A stretch of 64,000 nucleotides of DNA from Mytilus californianus (lineage: Eukaryota), in contig NW_026262679.1 of the NCBI RefSeq assembly GCF_021869535.1, forward strand, positions 50,096,001 to 50,160,000. Reading direction: 5' to 3'. The notes under the pieces are model-generated. The model did no database searches and was not told the DNA's origin. It worked only from the letters and a program-made list of their open reading frames with translations. Shown here piece after piece: positions 25,912 to 39,378 of the stretch (position 1 is the first letter of the stretch; each line of letters starts with the position of its first letter). The position numbers and the translations under genes were made by a program.

Positions 25912-28900
25912 TTATTTGGTATACAACGGTATAATGACTAGAATAGTCATTATAGTGATAAATGTAGCAATAACATATACTATAAAAGATGCCCGTTCTA
26001 CTGTTTCCGCTATAAAATACCATTCCTGTTTCAATAACATGTTTTGCTGATGAATTTTCAATTCATTGTCAGTATCTTCGCTGTCATCGTAATCATTCTT
26101 TTCATCGTTATTTTCATTGTCTTCATCATGATGATGGCGTTCCGTTCGCACTAAACCTTTTCTTAGCGCAAGCTTGTAAGATCTCCGCAATTTTTGCCGA
26201 TTCAGTCGAAATGGATCTTCGTGATTGCATGGTTTAAGATTACTCTCTGATGTACTGTTAGTTGGTACGTCAGGACAAAGAGGTTCTTTTTCGTTCAGCA
26301 AATCTGCAAGTTCCAGAATTTCGTCTTCAATTTCGGGTGTTTTCTTATCCGGAATTACCGGTTCAGTAAAATGCACTTTACCGCTATCATATTCCTTAGT
26401 ACGTAAATTTAAATCTTGGTTTGATTTATCGGAACACAAGTAAAACTTGTCAACGCGAGACGAAAACTTTGAACAAGTAATTTTTCCTAAAAATCCTTGA
26501 CATACTTTAGACAGTAAAGGAGGAACGTCTGGTATCGGATATCGTTTTCCCCTGTTTTTAATGTTCATGACCAACGTCGACATAATAAGGGACGTACAGT
26601 TGAAAGTCATAACTAAAAATGTTAGAATTCCTAGAAAAGAAGAAAAAAAACGGTCATTCAAAAATTTTCGTATAATCTGCATGCAGAAATAAACAAACAA
26701 CAAAACAGCCAGGATAATTTCGCTGTTTTAAAATCTAACGAATGCTGGGTAATATATTGACAGTCGTACATCAAAACGTTGTGATTGGCTTACAACGTCC
26801 TAAACAATTGGAATTAAACCAATGACGTGCCGTTATTTTCGTTTTTGGGTACGAACAATGAAATTACCCACAAGTCTTTAGATTTAAAAATGTGTCTTTT
26901 AATGTGAAAAGGCAATATCCCTTTCTGTGGAGAAAAGGTACAATTTTTATGTGTTTTATTCATTTAGAAAGATAACTCGAGAATTGCAATTAAATCCTCT
27001 TTTTAGACATATTTTTTCGGATTTTATTTGTGTGTTTTACATGATAATAACAATAGTTTTCCTCTGTTTTAGCAGCAAACTGGCAGACGACTTGATAAGT
27101 TCGGGTCAAACTTACTTGTATTGTCATGCCGTATAAGGTGTTAAATTGTGGTATATTGTTCGTGGCCATCAAGTTATTTTAAAGTTTCAAGGAGATCGGA
27201 ATAGCTCGCGCTTTGTCATTGGTATTGACATTCTCAAACATAAAAAGGAAACAGACGCCATTATTCTTTCCTGAGAAGCACAGGAAAGTCGTTTTTGGTG
27301 GTCCACTGAGCCTTTTTAATAATAAACATTATAATGGTTTACTTTTATAAATTTTGACTTGGATGGAAAGTTGTCTCATTGGCACTCATACCACATCTTC
27401 TTATATCTATTTACTTTATTCGTATCTTTTGTACAACAGCAAATTAAAACATATAACCCGAAATGATCTAATTATCAACATTGCAATAATTTCGAGTTTA
27501 CTTTTAGCAAGTGCAAATAATGTTTGATACAGAGATGTACAGTGCGGGATTGTTTTTAGTTGCCTGAAATACGATAACATTTTTTAGGGGATTGAAAAAG
27601 TTGAAAAACTACAACCGAATAATTCTGAGTGCTCACTTTATATGTTTGTTGTTTTCAGCGTTTTAAGGGAGGGGTGTTAATTTCCCTCAGTTTTGCTTCT
27701 GTTCATTTGTTTTTGTTTTCTTTGTGGTATATATATATGCAAAATAAAAAAGAAATTCAAATATAATTTCAAGATAGCAAAGTGTTGTAAGAAGGTGTTT
27801 TAAAATCTGAATATACCTAGGATGGGCGTTGTATTGGTGTCCGGAACGTTGTCTGAAATTAACAGCTGCAGAACATACAGAGTAAGGAAGACGGTCAGTC
27901 CGATTGATATCTTATCCCCATGATGTGACGGTAGGCAAAACGAAAACAACGATAGAATACTCAGCAACATTGTTGGTGCTATCACAATATATTCATAGTA
28001 TCTAGACTTCCTCTTCAAATTGATCGTTAATACGACCATTGGGTGATTACCGTTTCCAGGACAGCATTTTGAGTCGACAACTTCTCGCCTGAGGCTCGCA
28101 TCTTTCAAATCAAATTCGCTATTAACCACATAGTCATCTAAACCTGGTTTTGTTTGGACGGGTTGAAGGTCTAACTGAGTTTCATCATAAATCCACGATC
28201 CAAAATGTATTTCACATATCTGTTCGTCGTACGGAAAGAATGTAGCATCCACACGACAGACGCTTTTGATCATTAAAGGTATGAGCCACGTGACGTGACC
28301 CTCGTTCTGAATCATCAATCTTCCGCCAGTTACATTAACAAAGTCATCGATTTTGTTGCCAGCACTGTTCACAAGAAAAAATGCATGTTTAAGAAATAAA
28401 ATATATGAAAAGCAATGAAAGAATGGAAAATTGTTTAAAAATAGTGCTACTATCTCAGGTATAGAGACAAAATGGGAATGGAAACAATCAGAATACAATG
28501 AGCGCCAAACAGAGTGAGACGGGATTACCATATCCTGCTCTACATGTATCACCCGTTACACGATTCAAAAGTTGCATTTGTTTACTCCATTTCGTAAAAA
28601 ACGTATGTTATGATCTCCAAGAGCACAACAAGTGTTTCTGAAATACGTTCGAGGTAAAAAAAATATCATCCAGTAGATAGTGTCAAATATGAAGTAAGTT
28701 TAAATTTCTCATATAGGTAATAGTAAGTCGGGCAAAAACAAGATATTTGGAGCGAAAACATTCGGAACCAAATGAACTCAAAAACGGAGTGAAACCCCTT
28801 ACGTCGACATTGTAATCTCCAAACTCCTGCCATGTAACGCCATAAAGTTGAACATGACGAAAGCTGTAATGTTAGATGGACAAATATAGACCTGTTGAAG

Positions 28901-31900
28901 GCCGTATGGTTGCCTATAATTGCTTTCATCCACTTCATTTGAACTTTGGTGGATAGTTGTCTCATTGGATATCATATCGCATCTCCTATTTTTATACTGT
29001 AGAATCTATTTCAGAGGTAATTCATCAGATGCATTCATAAAATTCATGTTTCAAAATGTATCAACGCATTATTATGTCATATGCAACTATTTCAGTCATA
29101 ATTATAAAGTTCGGTAACTCTGCATGATACTGGTTTGCAATAATGTATAATTCAGTGTGCAGTGTGATATTTGTTAAGGAAATAAATACTTTTCACCTTC
29201 AAAACATCCGTTCGAAGTTGTCTTATACTTAATTGAAATAAAAGCAAAATATGAGGACATTTTACTCATTGAATTACTAAGCCAAATTCATACTTTCCTG
29301 AATTCGTGTGTTAACGTTGAAAAGACTTTCATGTAACAGTACTTTGACAATGGCTAGTTATTCAAACGCGTGATTTTAATTCACTTTCTTGAAGTAATAT
29401 GTGCATATAATTAACTTATGGCATTAATAGTATTACTCACGTATTGAAGATGAAAATATCAGGATTCCATAACTTTGATGATGGTACAATAAGAGTGTCC
29501 AGTCCGTCATACTCGGAAAGTGACCATACAAGTTCTTCGTCTTTCCAAGACTGAAAGAAATATTTCAACAGTACCAATGATCTTGCAAACTATAGATTAC
29601 CCTTCCGGATTGTAGTATGTAAATTTACAATATAAATTTTGAAACCCATTGAAATATTTTCTTGAGAATTATTCGAAAAGACTTCCAAATTTTCATAAAT
29701 TTGATGCAAAATGACGGTGGGCATGGATACCATAAACAAGCTCCATTGGAAGATGGTCATGATACTATTTGACTTCAATTTCTAAAACAGAATAATAAAG
29801 TACTAATACCACACATAACTGTTTTGTCCAGATTTTATTATGAAAAGTGGTAATTTTAGAAAAAAATTAGTATTGTCGCCTATGGAAGAATAAATACTAC
29901 CGTTTTCCCATAACTTCTTAGTATGAATATTTGTGACGTCAAATAAATTCCAGAATATTTTACGGTATGGAAAATTTGTCATTCAAAGTGCACACAGAAT
30001 TCATTTGCAAATAAACGCAAAAAATGTGTATATGCATATACGAGTAGATATGCAAATGCGATAACAGTCTGTACAACATAAACTGTATCTCTTTCAGTTT
30101 TAGTCACGCCGCTTTTTCCTGAATATTCGGCAAATTTGTTCATTTAGTATTAAAGAAAAAACAGTGATGCTATGGATTAAAGCATTGTAAAAGCCGATGC
30201 AATGACGGATGAACTACAAACCTCCGTTATCCAAACAGAAGAAGTCAGTATCTGTTTCTTCTCATCCTACAAAAATCAAGTTATCTGAATATATAGGATG
30301 ACAAACGAAAGCGTATTAAATAGATGATAAATTAAATGTATCCACCTGAAATCTATCTTACTAAAGCAAACATTATTAAGCCTTTTTCAACTGATTTTTA
30401 CATCGGATGTGACCTTAAGTGGTCATACCGGTGTTATGTTGCCGCAGAAATTTCCTTTGCGCTTTTGACTTATAACCGACCGTATTTCGTATAAATACGC
30501 GGATATTATCGAGTGCAAAATAGCATTCCTTATCGCTTGTTATAAATTCATTTTCTTCAATGAATACTCATGAAAGAACATAAATAAATAACATGAAAAT
30601 GTTTTGTCTTGAAAAATATATATACATAAGTAAAAAAATCATTAATATCTATGCACACGTACCGAAAAATTGTGTTTGAGGATGAATATTTCTTATCGCT
30701 TGTAATAAATATTTATTAGCGGGAGAAATTTGAATGCCTACTCAAATCAAACCAATTAGAAAACGAATTATTACAGAAGAGTGTCCACCATGCACTTGCA
30801 CTGCACTATCATTAGAATAGTAGAAGAGAATGATGGTATAAATGGATGAAAATTTGCCGGAAGAGTTATTAATATGATCTGCTATATATATATATATATA
30901 TGTACAAATTTTTGCACCTCATGTTTGCGGTATATCATCTTTTCCGCAATTTTATTTTTTTCTGTTTGGTAATAAATTAATAATAAGATCTATTTTGTTA
31001 CGCTTGTGATCCGTTTATTTGGCAATCGCCGGTGGCAGTCAGCAGGGTTTAATGCTGCGTTCACACGTAATTCGAATTCTATTCGCATTAACTAATTCGA
31101 ATTAGTTTAATTCGCATTCGAAACGTTTTACGTCCAAACGTAAATTCTAATTCGAATTGCAATGTGTGTCAAATTCGCTTTACTGTCCTAACGACGTTAA
31201 CTTTTAATTCGTATTAACAAAAACGCATTTCTAATGCGAATTGGATAATGCGATTTAGCCAATTCGAATCAATTCGAATTTAAAAAGAAGAGTGTGTGAA
31301 CGCGATTAGCGAATTCGATTCGCATTCGATTCGAATTCAATTCGAATTAAATGTAAGTGTGAACGAGGCATAAGAACATCAGTTGTTCGACCTGCTAGTC
31401 AAATGCGTTTTGTTAAAATATACCTTTTCACTCATTTGGTCTTTTGGAAAATGTTGTTTGTGCTGTATTTAGACCCCTCTACCAAGACATTTGTTTTGCA
31501 TGCGCAGGTATAAAAATTGCGGTTTTTATCCAACGCAATCATAGGTTTGAACGTTGCTTTCAATTTAGACTTGTTTATTTTTTTCGTTTGGGCTTGTATT
31601 ATATTTGCCTTCGGGTTTATATGATCCGTTCATCCTATTTTGACTCTTTCAAAATTCAAGAGTCTATCCTAAATTGAGGTAAATTATATGGCCTTCCAAA
31701 TACCGTTTCGATTCCTAACATCACTGAAGAGACATTAATTGTCGAAATCCGGATATGGTGTACAAATTTTTGCACCTCATGTTTGCGGTATACCATCTTT
31801 TCCGCAAGTTTATTTTTTCTGTTTGGTAATAAATTAATAATAAGATCTATTTTGTTACGCTTGTGATCCGTTTATTTGGCAATCGCCAATGGCAGTCAGC

Positions 31901-32565
31901 AGGGTTTAAGAACATCAGTTGTTCGACCTGCTAGTCAAATGCGTTTTGTTAAAATATACTTTTTCACTCATTTGGTCTTTTGGAAAATGTTGTTTGTGCT
32001 GTATTCAGACCCCTCTACCAAGACATTTGTTTTGCATGCACACGTATAAAAATTGCGGTTTTTATCCAACGCAATCATAGGTTTGAACGTTGTTTTCAAT
32101 TTAGACTTGTATATATATATATATATATTTCTCTAATTCTTCGTCAATTTATCCCTTTCTGCACCCATTGTATAAAAAAAAATTAATCAACGTGTGGTTC
32201 GTTTGATCTCAGTTCTTCATTGGCTAAAATCCGATTATGACGTCGAATTTTCTTGCTTTCCTCTGAATTTCCTATTGTGACGGCATGAAAAAATGCGACC
32301 ATGCCTGATGACGTCACATAGAAAGAACACATCTTTTTGCAGATCATTCGAAAAGAAGGAATAAATTTGCCTGCGTATTGTTTGAAAATCATTAGAGAAA
32401 CAGATTCCACCACCAAATTTCGTGTAATACGATATTTATCCACTCTCGACAGTTAAATTTTAAATATTTAAAACGCTCGGCGAGCCTCGCGTTTTAAATT
32501 TGAAAATTTTACTGTCTCGAGTGGATAAATATCGTATCACACTCGATGCAGTGGTAGAATCTATC

Positions 32566-32596
<31 letters not shown>

Positions 32597-35500
32597 GTTA
32601 TACAAATATTAACATAATATATAACAACAAACCAGATTATACTGATAACAAATAATTGTCCCATGATTATATCACTACAATATAATAATTATTACGGTGA
32701 GGTTGAATTCCCTGTCATTTATAATTCATCATCCACACAGGAACTTAATTCAGAAAAAAAAAATATATCTACGTACCTTAACCTAACTTTCAGGTATAGA
32801 GATATGATTTTTTTTTTCTGAGATAAGTGCCTGTGACTATCCACCAGAACTTGCGGTCATCCGATGTTCAGTACTTCGGTACTTTGATTATAGTTTGTTC
32901 TTGTGTTGGGCTGTTACACCACTAACTCCAGGTTAGGGGGAGGGTTGAGCGCTTACAAACATGTTTAACCCCGCCACAGTCTTTATGTGTCTGTCCCAAG
33001 TTAGGAGCCTGTAGTTCAGTGGTTGTCGTTGGTTCATGTCTGTCATATTTGTTTTTCGTAAATTGTTTTGTTATAAATTAGGCCGTATGTTTTCTCATTT
33101 GAATTGTTTCATATTTTTCATGTCGGGGCCTTTTATAGCCGACTATACGGTATTGGTTTTTCTCATGGTTGATGGCCGTACGGTTGCCTATAATTGCTTA
33201 CATCCGCTTTATTTGAACTTTGGTGGATAGTTGTCTCATTGGCAATCATACCTCATCTCCTTATTTTTATATTAATAGTGACCGATGACCTTTTTTGAAA
33301 CCTTGATATTTGAATTTTACATGGTAATTTCTATACCAAAATTCATAATGAACAGGTTGACTTTCTTTTTCCGATTGTTAATTTTCTCTTCCTTAACATA
33401 ATTAAAAGGTGATGAATCGTTTTCTCCTTCTTATTTGCTTATGGATTGTGTATTTTTCAGTTGGTTCGATATGCGCGTGTTTGAAGTAAAGTCTTGGATT
33501 TCAATTAAGAATTGAATGCTTCTTTTTGTAATTTTATCGGGATGTAAAAGCGTTGACCGAAGCACATTTTTTTCATTAAGCGCGGAAGCGCTTCGTATAA
33601 AAATGTGCGCACGATCAACGCTTCTTCAACCCTATAAAATTACGAAAAAAGCATTTAATTCTTATAAGTACATTTTCATGCTACAATCGTGAAACATTTT
33701 TCTTTTGTTTTCCTATGCATTGTTGTAACATTGTCACGAGAAGCACGTGTATGCTGTCATGACTGTCCAATTTTATTTGGAAATAATTACATTGGATGTA
33801 TGTTTCATTATTATACGTTATTTTGATTGGCTAACAGCAATCTCGCGTTATTCTTCATTTCAAAATGAATTGCATGAATTGAAACATACATGATGACACA
33901 CGTTTCCACAATAAAGTGCACAGGTAAATAAAAGAAAAACTTGATAGTAATCGTGTTTTCATGATCATAGCGAAAAAATGTAATTATAAGTATGGAATGC
34001 TTCTTTTAGTAATTTCATAGGGTTGTAAAAGCGTTCACCGCGCGTACATTTTTAGAATGAAGCGCTTCCGCGCTGCATACAAAATGTACTTCGGTCAACG
34101 CTTTTACACCCCAATGAATTTACAAAAAGAAGCATTCAATTCTTAAATAAAATCTAATTTTGGAAGGCCTATCAATTGTTGTCAGCCAATCGAAAGTACG
34201 GATTCTTATGAAACAAACATGTAACGTAATATTGATCGTTATATTTTCATAAGTAAAAAGCTTTTACATCATGAATATATATCGTCTTATATTGCTCTGA
34301 CATCTGACGGCCTTTTGTAGAACTTTTTGGGGTCGTGGTATGTCATAGCACAGTCAATATTGAAAACATGGAATTTGCGACCTAGACTTGGGGCGGCAAG
34401 TTTCTGTTTCGAAATCATAAAGATTCCATTTTTATGTAGATAAATCATACATAGGGATATTTCGCATTTAGCTTTAAGGATGTACACCTCTGAGGAGCCA
34501 AAAATTTCTAGAATTAAACTTTTTTTCATAACCTGATTTTTGGGTTTATATGACTGTAAAAAAATAATTGGCGAAGAAAAAAATCATATGGTGGTGCACT
34601 TCTTTTTTTTGCTCATTTTTGGACCATTATCATGAAAAAAATCACAGTTTCACAATTAAACTTGTTTTCATACTATCAATACAGATGAAATGGACCAATC
34701 TGAATAAATTTAACTTGAAAAAACTATAGGTAGGTGTTAATATAAGAAAGTTTTATAAACTTTTGTTGCTTTTTCGTGTCAAATTTACCATCATGCTGTT
34801 AATTTTGTAAATTTGGGTTTTCTCTTTTTTTAGAACAAAAAGCATATTATGTCAAAAATATATATCTAAGAAATTTGAAAAGAAAAAATTGATATGGAAT
34901 GTACATGTTTCTGGTAAAATCATTTCTTGTACCCCTCACCGAGACTGAAACGTCAGAAGAATACATCCTTAAACGGTAATATTGTTTATCAAGCTAGAAA
35001 ATTTAGGAACTGTCCTTCGAATGTGTCAAAATGGCTTAATATACTTATTTAGGTGATAAAGACTGATAACGGTTATGATTGTTGTTCAATCAGTGAGGGA
35101 CGTGAAGGGCATACGATACAGTTTTGATCCCACGGTGAATTTTTGACGAAAATTTGCATACAAGCTATTATTCACCTAGGAAATTCAAATATGTAATAAA
35201 AATATACCTTCCTGTGTTACTTTTAGAAATAAATGGGGTCAACATTTTAGACATATACTCAAAACTCGGTTTCTTGGACATTTCTATCCTTTGTACAGAC
35301 ATACCTAACTTTTTAGTTTCAAAAGATAAACACAAGCGCGTTTATGTTAAAACATTTGGAATATCTTATTTTCATAAGTATGCTTTAAAATTGTGTAACA
35401 ATCATTTTTTTATTAAATGTTTATGATTTTAGGAAAAATATAAAAAAGAAGATGTGGTATGATTGCCGATGAGACAACTCTCCACAAGAGACCAAATGAC

Positions 35501-37323
35501 ACAGAAATTAACAACTATAGGTCACCGTACGGCCGTCAACAATGAGCAAAGCCCATACCGCACAGTCAGCTATAAAAGGCCCCGAAATGACAATGTAAAA
35601 CAATTCAAACGAGAAAACTAACGGCCTTATTTATGTACAAAAAATGAACGAAAAACAAATATGTCACACATAAACAAACGACAACCACTGAATTACAGGC
35701 TCCTGACTTGGGACAGGTTTTTTCATGTATATTTATCTAATTTAAAAAAAGTTCATCGGTGATTTGCTCATAAAACTTTGTACAAATAATCCTCATACAT
35801 AATCAAGCCAAATGTTATTTTCAAGAAGAGGGATTCATGTATTCGTATTCAAACTAAATAAATGATTAACATCAGTCAATAATGCATCTTTTCCTGATAT
35901 GTCACAGTTTGGTGTCTCGAAAAAATACGTTTTACGTAAGCAACTTCATTAAATCCCCTGTTACTGTATCGAATGCCCTTTAAAAGCAATCAACAATCAA
36001 ATCAAATTAATCCCTGCGTCTCATAATTTTTGACCTAAAAAAATAAAGAATAAAAAAATAATGGGGTGCTAAAATATACAACATGGACTTAAGCAATCGT
36101 ATTTTTTCTTTTCTTTATCACTGAAATACTGAAAGATGCATGCAATATCTACCACTATAGACGTTATGAAAACTGAAAATCTTTAGAAACATGAAATACT
36201 TAGAACTGGACGTTTATAATTATCTAATCAATAGAGTATAATTAACTCTATAGTAATTCAAAGGGTCGGAAACGTGTGCAGTCTATCCCGGAAATGGCCT
36301 GATCTTGACAGCTAGAAAAGGGAAAACAGAATAGTGATCGGAAATTTTCCTTATAAGTCACTTATAGATCAATTCGAAGGCTTTTTGACTCTATCAAACA
36401 ACGTTACTTATAAGCAAATTAATACATTATACTATTTAAAATCTTGAAATAGAAAATAGATCTCACCAAATCAAGAACTTGGTTTAACGCAACACCAAAT
36501 TTCACCACAACTGGAATGTTGGCTGATTTTGTTGGTCTTGGTGAAGTGCTGTAATTCTGAAATAATTCTCTATACAGTGTTTTTTCTGTTCCATCTATTT
36601 TTTCTACAAGCAAAACATTATCTTGATAAGTTATATAAATAAGTAAACGTTTCTGAGGTCAGGTGTCTCTTAAATCCATACCAGCCCTGGTATGAGAATG
36701 CATATCAGAGCTCATTTAAAATGTGTTACAGTAGACAGCCGAGGTCTCTGTCCTAGGTTTATATGGTTTGAGGGATGATACGAAGGTCGAATTGGAAATT
36801 GTCACGTAAATGAAATAAAGCACACTAGCTATGTCGCGGCGAGAGCACTATTTCTAAAAATATCATATCCAAAATAAAACAGTGAAAAATACAGTTGTAC
36901 AAAATAGATAAAAAAAATGTTGTTTAAAAACTAGCCAACAATGTTCTTCTCGACATTTATTATCACAAAATAAAATCGAAATTCGACCTTACTTAACTTA
37001 ATTTGTTTAATTTTCTAACGAAATGATATTTTCAAAATTTTGCCGAGACCTAGTACATTGTATCTGTTCAAGCATTTTCTTTTGTATGCCAATACGATTT
37101 GTCTAGTAGATTCTATCATTCCTGGAAGTAAAATTGTTGCAAAACGATTGGGTTTCTTTGGTCTACAGTATATATAGACTTGCATTAGTTTTTTGCGAAC
37201 CGCATCTTTATAATATATTCTTGTTTAAATTCTGTAAAAAATAGAATGACACTTACCAGAGTAGATCAGAGGAAAAAAGTTGATCACCAAGATTGTAAAA
37301 ATAAAAATACGTGATTCCTCCAT
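25912..37323 (-). CDS. Cys-loop ligand-gated ion channel, nicotinic acetylcholine receptor alpha-type subunit (about 541 aa); complement join of exons 37323-37257, 36603-36467, 30266-30222, 29550-29441, 28364-27817, 26630-25912
   Basis: Signal peptide MEESRIFIFTILVINFFPLIYS; TLYRELF...VALNQVLDL; a 45-nt exon DEKKQILTSSVWITE and a 110-nt exon SWKDEELVW...WNPDIFIFN typical of nAChR genes; Cys-loop CRVDATFFPYDEQIC; GSWIY; vicinal CC; M1-M3 incl. GDKISIGLTVFL; M4 ERASFIVYVIATF. All junctions are GT-AG and phase-compatible. The exon 2 acceptor has an in-frame alternative about 18 nt upstream. Confidence 0.93.
31053..31370. mobile_element. PIF/Harbinger-type MITE with TAA TSD
   Basis: TIRs TGCTGCGTTCACAC / GTGTGAACGAGGCA; TAA on both sides; the empty site GGGTTTAAGAACATC is present in the second repeat copy (about 31904); AATTCGAATT sub-repeats. 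Confidence 0.9.
31719..31760 (+). ncRNA. Minimal type I hammerhead ribozyme
   Basis: Stem I CATCA/TGGTG, core CTGAAGA, stem II GAC-ATTAATT-GTC, GAAA, palindromic stem III (A)TCCGGA(T), cleavage after A31755. Confidence 0.8.
32180..32560. mobile_element. Non-autonomous DNA element ending in a long palindrome (Crypton-like architecture suspected)
   Basis: GTAATACGATATTTATCCACTCTCGACAG ... CTGTCTCGAGTGGATAAATATCGTATCAC arms around AAAACGCTCGGCGAGCCTCGCGTTTT; followed by (TA)n. Confidence 0.6.
32900..33270 (+). repeat. Penelope-like-element 3' tail repeat (family B)
   Basis: GGGTTGAGCGCTTACAAACATGTTTAACCCCGCC ... GATAGTTGTCTCATTGGCAATCATACCTCATCTCCTTATTTTT; matches 58340-58675 and 61930-62190. 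Confidence 0.75.
33505..34146. mobile_element. Composite element with two mutually inverted terminal palindromes of about 160 bp
   Basis: TTAAGAATTGAATGCTTC ... GAAGCATTCAATTCTTAA; each end is itself a hairpin centred on GCGCGGAAGCGC or GCGCTTCCGCGC. Confidence 0.7.
34478..34968. mobile_element. Kolobok-type MITE with TTAA TSD
   Basis: TTAA-GGATGTACACCTCTGA ... TCAGAAGAATACATCC-TTAA. Confidence 0.7.
35105..35980. mobile_element. Kolobok-type MITE (AAGGGCATACGATACAG family) containing a family B retro-tail at 35440-35718
   Basis: TIR AAGGGCATACGATACAG / CTGTATCGAATGCCCTT; collinear with 41320-41940. Confidence 0.75.
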
Positions 37324-39378
37324 TTTGAAGAGATAAGAAATCAACAACATTCAGAAGTTAAATAATGTGTAGCAGATGATTGAAGGAAATGTTGATATCA
37401 GATTATTATATATCTTGTACGTAAAATTCTTCAACTAAGTTTGCAATTTATTGCTATGGATACCAATAACATGTGCTAATTCTATATTTACACCTGTAAA
37501 TTAACTTTATTTCAAATCATGTTATTATATAAATAACGAAGAAGATGTGGTATGACTGCCAATGCGATAACTCTTCATTGACATAGAAGTAAGCACCTAT
37601 ATGTCAACGTACGGCTTTCGACAATGAGCAAAATGCATACCACACAGCAAGCCTTGAAGACAAATAGATAACATTTATATTATTGCTACACAGGCAATTT
37701 TCTTCGACGTGTGTTTAACTTTGTGCACATAACATTCTCACGTGATGATCACGTTTTTAACATTCACGTGGCTTTCATTTAAATCTAACATTAAAAAAAC
37801 ATCGAAAGTTTTATACGTGATTTGCATGTGTTTATATCGAGTTTATTTTTTTACGTTATTGTAACGTGTTGATGTTGTGTTAATTTCAAATTTATTAATT
37901 TTTTCAGGTGATTTCACGTGTCAATTTCATATCAATATCAGATGAATTGCATATGAAAGTTCAAGTTATTTTCTCTTTAAAATTATTTATAACGTGAATA
38001 TCACCCGTTGTTACTTTTATATCACGCTGTGAGCCTAAATTGTATAGTATTTGTCTGCTTGGTTAAGGTGCTAAGAATATCACGTGACTCTTATGATGGA
38101 ATCAGGTCGAAGAAAACTGCAAGTGTCCGACACATTATATTAGCATTTTATGGGTGACATATCCGTGTTATTATAAAAAATATCGTATTAGACAAACTTC
38201 AGATCTCTATACATGCTTTATAAGCCATTGAAAATATGTTAACCAGTTTAATTTGTCTCATTAGTGCTATCTTTATCAAACATGTACGATGACACCCGAT
38301 GTATAAATATTTTCCCATTTCGCCTGAATGTAATTTTCGTATTAAACTTTTTGTCGAGTCACGGCTGGTAATCTACACACGCAGAACAATCGGTTCTGTA
38401 ATGAAAACCGTGAGAGGATTTTCCGGTTATGCGTGAGTGGAGTAATTGTCACCGCTTCAAAAGGTATGTACATCTCTAAATTGCAATTTCCTAATTCAAC
38501 TGATCAAAATATTGAAAATCGGAGAATGCTATGCTGTGGTGAATACTTTAACGAAGAGACACATGTATCATTTACTGTTGTGCATGGAGTAAAACTCCTA
38601 CAAAATCAATCGTCCCACGGGTAATTGCCGAAAAAAGTGACATTTAAATTTTGAGATGGTTCTGTTATATAGATACAATGGATAAGCGTGGATTCTTGAA
38701 AAAGAAACCATGAGCCCGGAGGGCGAATGGTTTGTTTTTCATTAATCTACGCTTATCCATTGTATCTATAACTTAAACTATTGTGTTAATTTCTTTTCAA
38801 AATTAAAGCCTTTTCTTAATTAGAAGGTATTGTAAGTGAGTTTAAATAACCATGTTATCGTGTCCAACGATGCATTGATAAATCTCAGATCACAATTAAT
38901 TGGTTAACAAAATACAAATATAACACTTCTACCTTTAAAGAATTTTATATTACCAGGCATATGAATATTATCTGTTTATACAAAATAAGACATATTCAAA
39001 ATTATTTCTAATAAAATTGAAAATGGAAATGGGGAACGTGCCAAAGAGACAACAACCCGACCAAAAAGCATATATAAAGTATATATAATAAGTATGTTAT
39101 CGAAATTTTTCTAGCACTCTAGGCACATCACGATTTTCTCGCATAGGAATTTGCGAACAAACCTTTGTAAAATTATGTAGTAAAACAAATGAAATCATGC
39201 TATATTTATAAAACAAAAATTGACAAATAGAATGTAATCATTTTTGGCTCAAACATGTGAAATAGCCAATAATAATAAAAATAAACCCGGTAAAACTCGC
39301 TATTATTACAAAAATATCCACTATAACTTGCAAAATTAGAAAAAAACTAGGATAACTTAAGAATTGGTACAACAAAGA

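Larger units (their letters stand above)
30901..32109 (+). mobile_element. Retrozyme-like / PLE pseudo-LTR direct repeat (monomer about 537 bp, about 1.65 copies) inserted in (TA)n
   Basis: 30901-31572 (minus the MITE) repeats at 31759-32109; (TA)n at 30883-30900 and 32110-32128; hammerhead at the unit junction. Confidence 0.75.

Noticed and set aside
31444-32186. Duplicated MENVVCAVFRP ORFs
   Set aside because: By-products of the retrozyme-like direct repeat; they diverge where the repeat ends.
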